The translations under genes and the position numbers were made by a program. A model generated the notes under the pieces. That model was not told the origin of the DNA and ran no database searches. It saw nothing but the letters and a program-made list of their open reading frames with translations. This document shows, piece after piece, positions 1-7,483 of a stretch of DNA of 64,000 bases (its first letter is position 1; each line of letters begins with the position of its first letter). The stretch comes from Rhodanobacteraceae bacterium. Lineage in GTDB: Bacteria > Pseudomonadota > Gammaproteobacteria > Xanthomonadales > SZUA-5. The stretch spans positions 6,906 through 70,905 of the forward strand of contig JANNYA010000141.1 in NCBI GenBank assembly GCA_031409855.1, in the 5' to 3' direction.

Positions 1-134
1 CCCCGCATTCGCGAGGATGACGAACAACTCCAGAGCAATAAAAAAGGCGCTTCGGCGCCTTTTTTATTGCTCAAATTGATTCGTGATTGGCGCTATTCCT
101 CAGCATTTGGTTCGTCATCCTCGCGAACGCGGGG
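1..134. repeat. Inverted pair of REP-like 24-nt elements (1-24 and 111-134) bracketing a terminator hairpin
   Basis: ccccgcattcgcgaggatgacgaa (1-24) is the reverse complement of ttcgtcatcctcgcgaacgcgggg (111-134) with one mismatch. The same motif family (gtcat + GC hairpin + ccag) recurs at 235-265 and 15263-15381. Confidence 0.7.
40..66. terminator. Bidirectional rho-independent terminator candidate
   Basis: Stem aggcgc (45-50), loop ttcg, stem gcgcct (55-60). An A-run lies upstream and a T-run downstream, so it could work on either strand. Confidence 0.6.
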
Positions 135-234
135 ATCCAGGGGCGGTTACGACAGCAATTGGTTAGTGCGAAGCTTGAGGAAACTAGAATTCAGGCTTTT
201 GAAACATCGCCGCAATCAGGCGCCTTTGCATTCA

Positions 235-265
235 CCCTGGATTCCCGCCTTCGCGGGAATGACGA
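235..265. repeat. REP-like hairpin element (ctgg-attcccgc-cttc-gcgggaat-gacga)
   Basis: Perfect 8-bp stem at 241-248 / 253-260. Its translation gives the WIPAFAGMT / LDSRLRGND peptides of the spurious ORFs 67-279 and 87-317. Confidence 0.7.
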
Positions 266-309
266 TTTCGTGTTGCTGAGGATTAGCGCTAATGAGGAAT
301 TGCTTTGGC

Positions 310-960
310 CTAACTGACGTATTGTTCCGCCAGTTTATTCAAATGCGCTCGCTCAGCTGGGCGCAAATACGGTGCCAACAGCATCATCACCAGATACGCA
401 CCACGCCCTAAATCGGCCTGATCGGTTTTTGCAGTGCTGATCGCTGGGCGTATGTGTTGAAAATTAAGCCAAAACGTCGCTGCCAGCAAAATGTGTTGGC
501 CAACCGCTTCAATTTCGTTTGGCGAGGCGGCCATCACGCCGGACTCGACCAAGCCTTTGCAAACGCCAACGATGCTTTCATGGCCGCGCTTGAGGATGCG
601 GCTGAAGTGCATCTTGAGCTTGCGATTACGGCTTAATAAATCGACCAAGTCCCGATAGACAAAACGGTAGTCCCAAATACATTCAAAAATAAGGTGCATT
701 TGTAGCCACAAATCTTCCAAATTCGCCACCCGCGTTTCCGGTGCGGTCAACGCCTTGTCCATACGCAGCTCAAAAGCCGTGAACAAATGCTCGACGATGT
801 CGTCTTTGTTGCGAAAGTGGTAGTACAAATTGCCGGGGCTAATTTCTAGTTCGTCGGCAATATGGTTGGTCGTAACGTTCGGTTCGCCTTGGGCGTTGAA
901 CATCTCCAAACTAATCGTCAGGATTCGATCACGCGTTTTAGTTGGCGCAGCAGCTGCCAT
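310..960 (-). CDS. TetR/AcrR-family transcriptional regulator
   Basis: 216-aa ORF. The N-terminal HTH (RDRILTISLEMFNAQGEPNVTTNHIADELEISPGNLYYHFRNKDDI) is typical of TetR_N. Confidence 0.85.
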   Translation of the reverse strand: MAAAAPTKTRDRILTISLEMFNAQGEPNVTTNHIADELEISPGNLYYHFRNKDDIVEHLFTAFELRMDKALTAPETRVANLEDLWLQMHLIFECIWDYRFVYRDLVDLLSRNRKLKMHFSRILKRGHESIVGVCKGLVESGVMAASPNEIEAVGQHILLAATFWLNFQHIRPAISTAKTDQADLGRGAYLVMMLLAPYLRPAERAHLNKLAEQYVS

Positions 961-1027
961 TTAAGCCCTCCCAGGCCGGTACGAATGGTTTGAAAAGCGA
1001 AACAAACTCAAGGCATTTGGCCAAGCA

Positions 1028-1291
1028 TCAGACTTTACCACCAAGACGTTTGACCAATTTGATGTAGTCCTCCATCGCTTTTTCAGCGGCGGTGCCTTTT
1101 AGCTTTTCCCAAGCTTCATATTTGGCAACGCCTTTAAAGTCAAAAAAACCTGGCTTCGCACCGGTCACATCCCCTTCGCTGCCCTGTTTATAAAGGCCGT
1201 ACAGACGCAAGAGCATGTCGTTTTCTGGCTTTTCAGGTAAAGTTTTTACCGCCTCGGCGGCGGTTTTGAATTGAGTTTCAAGCTCTGACAT
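1028..1291 (-). CDS. Acyl-CoA-binding protein (ACBP)
   Basis: 87 aa with the ACBP signature layout (KP..D.LL.LYGLYKQ...GD...KPG.FD.KG.AKYEAW). A strong AAGGAG RBS lies upstream of the ATG. Confidence 0.85.
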   Translation of the reverse strand: MSELETQFKTAAEAVKTLPEKPENDMLLRLYGLYKQGSEGDVTGAKPGFFDFKGVAKYEAWEKLKGTAAEKAMEDYIKLVKRLGGKV

Positions 1292-1385
1292 GGGGGGCTC
1301 CTTCTAGATAAATCGAAACGGTGAATGATTGATTAGTGTGATCACGCTGCCTAGTCATACTTATTAACATGCGCCTCTAAAGTTG

Positions 1386-1420
1386 GTCAAACACGAATTT
1401 TACAAAAATCTATGTTTGAC
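1386..1420. promoter_or_regulatory. Inverted repeat GTCAAACA-N19-TGTTTGAC in the ACBP/reductase divergent intergenic region (candidate operator)
   Basis: Perfect 8-bp arms at 1386-1393 and 1413-1420, between divergent genes next to a TetR gene. Whether anything binds here is not shown. Confidence 0.35.
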
Positions 1421-1461
1421 ACTTTTTGCTGGCCTTAAGCGCAATTCGACAGTGTGATTTT

Positions 1462-1477
1462 GCGAAAAACTTTTCGC
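1462..1477. promoter_or_regulatory. Palindrome GCGAAAA-AC-TTTTCGC (candidate operator)
   Basis: Perfect 7-bp arms in the same divergent promoter region. Confidence 0.3.
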
Positions 1478-1672
1478 ATCGAGCACATTAGTACTAGTCT
1501 CGAACCGCTAGTGCAGCTATCGTTAGGGCGAATGCTCTAAGCGCTGCCGGAAAGGCCTAAATGCAACATATTTTAGGACTTTGGGGGTACTTAGCTTCTT
1601 TGTCATCCAATTTTGGGGAAGTTTTTCAATGCGCGATCTTAAATCGAGCGATCTAAACAGGAGCTATCAATT

Positions 1673-3664
1673 ATGAGCTACTTCGTCACAGGTGCAACGG
1701 GCTTTATCGGGCGCTTCCTTATGGAAAAGTTGCTGGCGCGGCGCGGCACGGTCTATGTTTTGGCGCGTAAAGCCTCCAAAGCCAAAATCGAGGAGCTGAA
1801 AGAGCGCTTCCCTGAGCACGCGGCGCGTATCGTGCCGGTTTGGGGTGATCTGACCAAAGCCAAGCTGGGCATCAGCGCCGAGCAAATGGCGGAAATGAAG
1901 GGCAAGATCAAGCATTTATTTCACTTGGCAGCGATTTACGATTTATCTGCCGACGCTGCCAGCCAAGAAGCCGCAAATATTGATGGCACGCGCAACACCG
2001 TGGAATTTGCTGATGCGATCAAGGCGGGTATTTTTCATCACACCTCCTCAATCGCGGCGGCTGGCCTTTATTCGGGCATGTTTCGCGAAGATATGTTTGA
2101 AGAAGCGGAAAACCTAGATCACCCGTATTTTCGCACCAAGCATGATTCCGAAGGCATCGTGCGTAAAGAATGCACGCGCCCGTTTCGGATTTATCGCCCG
2201 GCGATGGTCGTCGGCCATTCAAAAACCGGTGAAATCGACAAGATCGACGGCCCGTATTATTTCTTCACTTTGTTGAAACGCATGCGGCAAATTTTGCCGC
2301 CGTGGATGCCGATGCTGGGCTTTGAAGGCGGGCGCATTAACGTGGTGCCAGTGGATTTTATCGTTGATGCGATGGACCATATCGCGCACGAAAAAGGCCT
2401 GGACGGCCAGTGTTTCCATTTAACTGACCCGGCGCCCAAGCGAGTTGGCGAGCTGTTGAACATCTTCGCCAATGCCGGACATGCGCCGAGCATGACGATG
2501 CGCATCGACGCACGCATTTTTAGCTTTATTCCGGGTGCCGTGCGCAACGCCATTGGCATGTTGCCGCCGGTGCGTCGCATTACCCATAACGTGCTGAAAA
2601 GCCTGGGTATTCCTGCGGATGTACTGAAATTCTTTAACTATCCGACCCGATTCGATTCGCGCGACACTGAGCGCGTATTGAAAGGTACCGGCATCAAAGT
2701 GCCAGCGCTTGAAACATATGCGTGGCGGCTTTGGGATTATTGGGAACGTCACCTTGATCCAGATCTTTTCATTGACCGCTCACTGACCGGGAAAGTGAAA
2801 AATCGCGTCGTTTTGATCACGGGTGGGTCGTCTGGTATAGGCCTGGCAAGCGCACACAAAATGGCGGCTGCGGGTGCGAAAGTATTAATTTGCGCACGAG
2901 GTGAGGACGATTTGGTCAAGGCCAAAGCCGAGATCGAAGCGGGTCAAAAGGGCGCGCAAGTATTTACCTACACCGCTGATTTGGCAGATATCGCCAGTTG
3001 CGATGCGCTGGTGCAGCAGATTACCGCCCAGCACGGTGGCGTCGATATTTTGGTAAACAACGCCGGGCGCTCAATTCGGCGTTCGATTGCACTCTCATAT
3101 GATCGCTTTCATGACTTTGAACGGACCATGCAGCTCAATTACTTTGGCAGCCTGCGTTTGATTATGGGCTTTTTGCCCGGCATGACTGCGAAACGCCGGG
3201 GCCATGTGATCAACATTAGCTCCATTGGTGTGCTCACCAATGCGCCGCGCTTTTCCGCCTATGTTGCTTCTAAAGCCGCGTTGGATGCGTTTAGCCGTTG
3301 CGCCGCGAGCGAATTTTCCGACAAAAACATCCATTTTACGATCATCAATATGCCGCTGGTGCGCACGCCGATGATTGGCCCAACCAAAATGTATGACAGC
3401 GTGCCGACTTTGAGCCCAGAAGAAGCTGCAGATTTGGTGGTGAAAGCCGTCATTGAGCGGCCACAACGCATCGCGACACGCACCGGTATCTTTGCCGAAA
3501 TGGCGCACTTGACGGTGCCGACGATGTATCAGGTGCTGATGAACACTGCGTTTAATCTGTTTCCTGATTCGGCCGCTGCAAAAGGCCAGAAGGCGAACTC
3601 GGAAGAACCGGCGAGTAGTGAACAAGTGGCGTTTGCCACGCTTATGCGCGGCGTGCATTGGTAA
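1673..3664 (+). CDS. Two-domain fatty acyl-CoA reductase (N-terminal NAD-dependent epimerase/reductase domain + C-terminal SDR), Marinobacter FAR (Maqu_2507)-type
   Basis: 663 aa. N-terminal Rossmann motif FVTGATGFIGRFL, C-terminal SDR motifs ITGGSSGIG and YVASKAAL (YxxxK). The protein looks colinear with the roughly 660-aa wax-ester-pathway FAR family as I recall it. AGGAG RBS. Confidence 0.85.
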   Translation: MSYFVTGATGFIGRFLMEKLLARRGTVYVLARKASKAKIEELKERFPEHAARIVPVWGDLTKAKLGISAEQMAEMKGKIKHLFHLAAIYDLSADAASQEAANIDGTRNTVEFADAIKAGIFHHTSSIAAAGLYSGMFREDMFEEAENLDHPYFRTKHDSEGIVRKECTRPFRIYRPAMVVGHSKTGEIDKIDGPYYFFTLLKRMRQILPPWMPMLGFEGGRINVVPVDFIVDAMDHIAHEKGLDGQCFHLTDPAPKRVGELLNIFANAGHAPSMTMRIDARIFSFIPGAVRNAIGMLPPVRRITHNVLKSLGIPADVLKFFNYPTRFDSRDTERVLKGTGIKVPALETYAWRLWDYWERHLDPDLFIDRSLTGKVKNRVVLITGGSSGIGLASAHKMAAAGAKVLICARGEDDLVKAKAEIEAGQKGAQVFTYTADLADIASCDALVQQITAQHGGVDILVNNAGRSIRRSIALSYDRFHDFERTMQLNYFGSLRLIMGFLPGMTAKRRGHVINISSIGVLTNAPRFSAYVASKAALDAFSRCAASEFSDKNIHFTIINMPLVRTPMIGPTKMYDSVPTLSPEEAADLVVKAVIERPQRIATRTGIFAEMAHLTVPTMYQVLMNTAFNLFPDSAAAKGQKANSEEPASSEQVAFATLMRGVHW

Positions 3665-3710
3665 TGCGTGGCACTGACGCCAAAAGGCAGACTTATCACT
3701 GAACAAATAG

Positions 3711-3735
3711 CCCGCGACAGCTTGACTGTCGCGGG
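3711..3735 (+). terminator. Perfect 10-bp stem-loop downstream of the reductase gene (possible terminator, no canonical U-tract)
   Basis: cccgcgacag-cttga-ctgtcgcggg. The nearest T-run is about 20 nt further on. Confidence 0.35.
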
Positions 3736-3843
3736 CCTGAGGCTTATCTTCCCGCCTCTTTTTCCATGTCAGCAGGTGTATCGGTAACGCCGATTGCGCC
3801 CAGCGAAGCATAGTTTCTTCAAAGTCCAAGCTCGGAGAGCCCT

Positions 3844-4110
3844 GTGGCCAATATCAAGTCGGCGAAAAAACGCGCCAAACAAGCAGTGAAGCGCAATGCG
3901 CACAACGTCGGCATGCGATCCATGATTCGTACCGCAATCAAGAACGTCGTCAAAGCCATCGACGCGAAAGACGTCGCTGCTGCGGAAGCGGCCTACAAGA
4001 TTGCTGTGCCGGTGTTAGATCGTAACGGGGACAAAGGTTATTTGAGCAAAAACAAGGCTGCGCGTCATAAGAGTCGTTTGACTGCAGCGATCCGTGGATT
4101 GGCTGCTTAG
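3844..4110 (+). CDS. rpsT: 30S ribosomal protein S20
   Basis: 88 aa, (M)[20 protein letters not shown] is the classic S20 N-terminus. GTG start with a GGAGAG RBS. Confidence 0.95.
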   Translation: MANIKSAKKRAKQAVKRNAHNVGMRSMIRTAIKNVVKAIDAKDVAAAEAAYKIAVPVLDRNGDKGYLSKNKAARHKSRLTAAIRGLAA

Positions 4111-4135
4111 TAGTCTGGTTTTCAATTTAAGACCC

Positions 4136-4163
4136 AAAAACGCCGCTTTTTAGCGGCGTTTTT
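4136..4163 (+). terminator. Rho-independent terminator of rpsT
   Basis: aaaaacgccgc-ttttta-gcggcgttttt. Confidence 0.8.
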
Positions 4164-4274
4164 GCGATTCAAGAAGGGGTTTTGTTTGAATTTGTTAGTC
4201 AAAGTCAGTAACCTCTAGGTTTTACGTGTCAGCGATCGCTGAGACTTTCTTTTTCTGTTGCTGAGGATTCCATA

Positions 4275-5597
4275 ATGAAAAAAATAAACATATTAGTGTT
4301 AGCGCTTTTGGCAAATGTTGGTGCGGCCAATGCACAAACACTTAATTGCGCTGCGCTTAGCAACAGTGCTGAAGCAGAACCCTCGGGTTATGCCGAACAA
4401 TGCCTAAACGTTATTCCTAGCCCACGCGTCACCAACGCTGTCAATGCGCCGACCGACACCGGTTTTACTATTGATGTCCGTGGGCAAGCAGCGGTTCCGA
4501 CTCGTCTAGTTAACTCGCTTTACAGCTTTACTTTGAATGCGTTTCAGACGCAGGCTTTACGCGGTGTAACTCAGCCACAAATTTTCGGGATGGATTTCAA
4601 CGTTGCAAATACAACGTTGTTTGGCGTCACTGGCGCTGCAGCGGCTCCAAACCCGTCGACCTTGGGCACTATCGATCAGACCACGGGCGCGTTTACGGTC
4701 ATAGCACCAGTCACAGGATTGACAGCAGGTGATGGTATGTCCGGATTGACAATCAATCCGATCACTGGCGCTGCACTTTTGTCCGCAGTCGGTGGGACGC
4801 CAGCTTTATCGCGTCTTTACAGCTTAAACCTCACCACCGGCGTTGCGACGTTGATCGGTGGCATTACCGCACCGAGCGATCCGACCGGTACGGTAATGAT
4901 CGATATCGCATTGAATTGCCAAGGTGCGCTATTCGCCCACAATATCCTCGACGATTCTCTTTACAGTGTTAATGTTGCTACTGGCGCTGGAACCAAGTTT
5001 GCGACCCATGGCTTAGCGGCAAACTTTGCCCAAGGTATGGATTTCGACAATCAAAGTGGCGCGCTTTACGCCTATATCTACACAGGTGCGGGCACAAATC
5101 GCTTTGGCACGTTTGATTTGACGACCGGTGCATTCACATCGCTGGTTACGGACAACCCGCTTGGCGAATACGAGGGCGCAATTCCAACTGCTTGCCCAGC
5201 GGTAGGCGCACCAACCATTACCCCAGTCACACCCGCAGGTGCAGTGTCTTTCGTCTTGCCAGCATCACGTTCGTTCGTGTTTAACAACGCCGCCGCCGCA
5301 ACCGCGCCCGGTACGGTTTCTTGCGCAATTGCAGGCGCCGGTTTTAGCGTCACGCCAACAACCACGCAAACCATCGCCGCCGGCGCAAGTGCCACCTTCA
5401 CAGTAAGCGCAACGGCCGCAGGCACCGGAACATTGACCTGCACCATTCAAGGTGTGGCGCAACCGATTGTGTATAACTTGACCGCTGGCGCACCCGTTGT
5501 GCTGATTCCGACGCCGACGCTGAGCCTTTGGAGCACATTGGCGCTGCTAATGGGCTTGGGTTTGTTTGGCGCGCTCACGGTTCGTCGCTTTAGCTAG
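4275..5597 (+). CDS. Secreted repeat (beta-propeller-like) protein with Ig-like domain and IPTL-CTERM-type C-terminal sorting tail
   Basis: Signal peptide MKKINILVLALLANVGAANA. Recurrent LYS(F/L/V)..TG....(I/F)G-type repeats. C-terminus LIPTPTLSLWSTLALLMGLGLFGALTVRRFS (motif, TM helix, basic end). GAGGA RBS. Confidence 0.75.
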   Translation: MKKINILVLALLANVGAANAQTLNCAALSNSAEAEPSGYAEQCLNVIPSPRVTNAVNAPTDTGFTIDVRGQAAVPTRLVNSLYSFTLNAFQTQALRGVTQPQIFGMDFNVANTTLFGVTGAAAAPNPSTLGTIDQTTGAFTVIAPVTGLTAGDGMSGLTINPITGAALLSAVGGTPALSRLYSLNLTTGVATLIGGITAPSDPTGTVMIDIALNCQGALFAHNILDDSLYSVNVATGAGTKFATHGLAANFAQGMDFDNQSGALYAYIYTGAGTNRFGTFDLTTGAFTSLVTDNPLGEYEGAIPTACPAVGAPTITPVTPAGAVSFVLPASRSFVFNNAAAATAPGTVSCAIAGAGFSVTPTTTQTIAAGASATFTVSATAAGTGTLTCTIQGVAQPIVYNLTAGAPVVLIPTPTLSLWSTLALLMGLGLFGALTVRRFS

Positions 5598-5617
5598 TAT
5601 CGAGATGGCGTAACATT

Positions 5618-5648
5618 AAAAAAAAGCCCTCGAACTGAGGGCTTTTTT
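5618..5648 (+). terminator. Rho-independent terminator
   Basis: agccctc-gaact-gagggct followed by ttttt. Confidence 0.8.
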
Positions 5649-5765
5649 CTGCGTTCGTTATTCTATGGCCTACTCAAATCATATCTCAGCCCTCGCCAAC
5701 GGCTGCAGTAAATCGTCGCAGCGATTTGGCGCGGCAAAGCGGCGTTAGCCTGCTAGCATTCGCGC

Positions 5766-6308
5766 ATGAATCCCTCATCTAATTTAATTTTGATTGGCCC
5801 AATGGGCGCAGGTAAAAGCACCGTTGGGCGTAAGCTCAGCGCGCGTTTTGGCCTGCGGTTTATCGATCTAGATCACGAAATCGAGCGCGCCACCGGGGCC
5901 AGTGTGAATTTGATTTTTGAGATTGAGGGCGAACCCAATTTTCGTGATCGGGAAGCCAAGCTTTTGGACGCAGCCAGTCGCAACACCGGTGTACTGTTAG
6001 CCACTGGCGGCGGTGCGATTCTTCGCGCAGAAAATCGCAGCAAATTAATGGAGCGCGGCTACGTGGTGTACTTGGAAACCGATGTCGACACGCAATTGGA
6101 GCGTTTGAAACGTGATCGTGCGCGGCCGCTGTTGCGCACCGCTGATCCGCGCTCAAAATTGCTGGAACTGGCCGCCGCACGCAATGATTTATATCGCCAA
6201 ACGGCTGACCTAACCTGGCACAGTGGGCAAAATACCGCACGGAGCGCAGCCGAGAGCCTCGTGTATAACCTAAGACATCGCTGGCAACAGCTTTCCGAGG
6301 TAAGTTAA
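5766..6308 (+). CDS. aroK: Shikimate kinase
   Basis: 180 aa. P-loop LILIGPMGAGKSTVGRKLS. The stop overlaps the aroB ATG (TAATG). Confidence 0.9.
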   Translation: MNPSSNLILIGPMGAGKSTVGRKLSARFGLRFIDLDHEIERATGASVNLIFEIEGEPNFRDREAKLLDAASRNTGVLLATGGGAILRAENRSKLMERGYVVYLETDVDTQLERLKRDRARPLLRTADPRSKLLELAAARNDLYRQTADLTWHSGQNTARSAAESLVYNLRHRWQQLSEVS

Positions 6309-7438
6309 TGGCTACCCTTAATCCAAATTTCGCACCCAGTAATCGCGGCGTTACCTGCGTGCACGTGCCCTTAGGCAAACGCGCTTACACCGTAGAAATT
6401 GGCGAGCAACTACTGCGAAACGCCGCCGTTTCTGACGCCTGCCCAGGCAGGCAGGTCTTAGTGGTCAGCAATGAAGTGGTTGCGCCGCTGCATCTAGACC
6501 GCGTTTTGGTGCAGCTTACCGACAAAAAAGTCGAATGCTGTATTTTGCCGGACGGCGAAGAAACCAAAGGTTTTGCCAGCGCCGAACGCATTTTTCACCG
6601 TTTGGCCGCGATGCGGGCCAGCCGCGATGTCACTTTGGTGGCACTAGGCGGCGGCGTGATTGGTGATTTGACCGGTTTTGCCGCCTCACTTTGGATGCGC
6701 GGTGTGCCGTTCGTTCAGATTCCAACCAGCCTTTTGGCGATGGTGGATTCTTCCGTCGGTGGCAAAACTGCGGTGAATTTGCCCTCGGGCAAAAACTTAA
6801 TCGGCAGTTTTTGGCAGCCTAATGCCGTATTCGCCGATGTCGCGCTATTGCGCACCTTGCCGCAGCGTGAACTTTGCGCCGGTTTTGCTGAAGTCATTAA
6901 GTATGGCGCCATCGTTGACCCCACATTTTTTACGTGGCTCGAAACGCATGCGACTGAGCTCTTGGAACGCGATATGGACCTGCTTTTGGAAGCGGTGGCG
7001 CGCTCGGTGCAACACAAAGCCAATATCGTTGTGCGCGACGAACGTGAAACTGGCGATCGCATGCTGCTGAATTTCGGCCACACCTTTGGTCATGCTTTGG
7101 AAGTGGCGCACGCGTATCGCGGCATTTTGCACGGCGAAGCTGTCGCGATTGGTATGGCCTGCGCGGCACAGCTTTCGGCCGAGATCTACGGTGGCGATTT
7201 GGCGCGTGATTCAGCGCGGTTAGACGCGTTACTGACGCGTTTTGGCTTGCCCATTTCTACCCCGCTGCGGGCGCGGCCAGAGGATATGGCTTCGATCATG
7301 CGCCTAGACAAGAAAGTTTTGGATGGTCAATTGCGCTTGATTTTATGGCGCGGTATCGGTCAGGCGCGCGTGGATACCGCGCCCACCAGCAGTATCGAAA
7401 ATGTCTGGCGCAGCCGTATGCCAAACTTAATCGATTAG
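6308..7438 (+). CDS. aroB: 3-dehydroquinate synthase
   Basis: 376 aa. Motifs GGGVIGDLTGFAA, DSSVGGKT and NFGHTFGHA. Follows aroK in the canonical order. Confidence 0.9.
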   Translation: MATLNPNFAPSNRGVTCVHVPLGKRAYTVEIGEQLLRNAAVSDACPGRQVLVVSNEVVAPLHLDRVLVQLTDKKVECCILPDGEETKGFASAERIFHRLAAMRASRDVTLVALGGGVIGDLTGFAASLWMRGVPFVQIPTSLLAMVDSSVGGKTAVNLPSGKNLIGSFWQPNAVFADVALLRTLPQRELCAGFAEVIKYGAIVDPTFFTWLETHATELLERDMDLLLEAVARSVQHKANIVVRDERETGDRMLLNFGHTFGHALEVAHAYRGILHGEAVAIGMACAAQLSAEIYGGDLARDSARLDALLTRFGLPISTPLRARPEDMASIMRLDKKVLDGQLRLILWRGIGQARVDTAPTSSIENVWRSRMPNLID

Positions 7439-7483
7439 AACAAAATTAGAATAAAGACCGAGACTAGGCATGAGCAAAACTGT

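Noticed and set aside
67-317. ORFs 67-279 and 87-317 (70 and 76 aa).
   Set aside because: They are read-throughs of REP-like hairpin elements and a terminator (the WIPAFAGMT / LDSRLRGND peptides are the typical translation of such repeats). They have no RBS and they overlap each other.
1481-1560. GGTTCGAG-containing stretch (minus strand) examined as a possible tRNA T-arm.
   Set aside because: No acceptor stem, D-arm or anticodon arm can be drawn around it. The local pairing gives a 4-bp stem with a 10-nt loop, which is not a tRNA cloverleaf.
3095-3829. 244-aa minus-strand ORF antisense to the reductase gene.
   Set aside because: It overlaps a well-supported 663-aa CDS, its composition is Arg/His-rich as is typical of antisense frames, and it has no motifs.
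5860-6378. 172-aa minus-strand ORF antisense to aroK/aroB.
   Set aside because: It overlaps two confidently identified housekeeping genes and has antisense-type composition.
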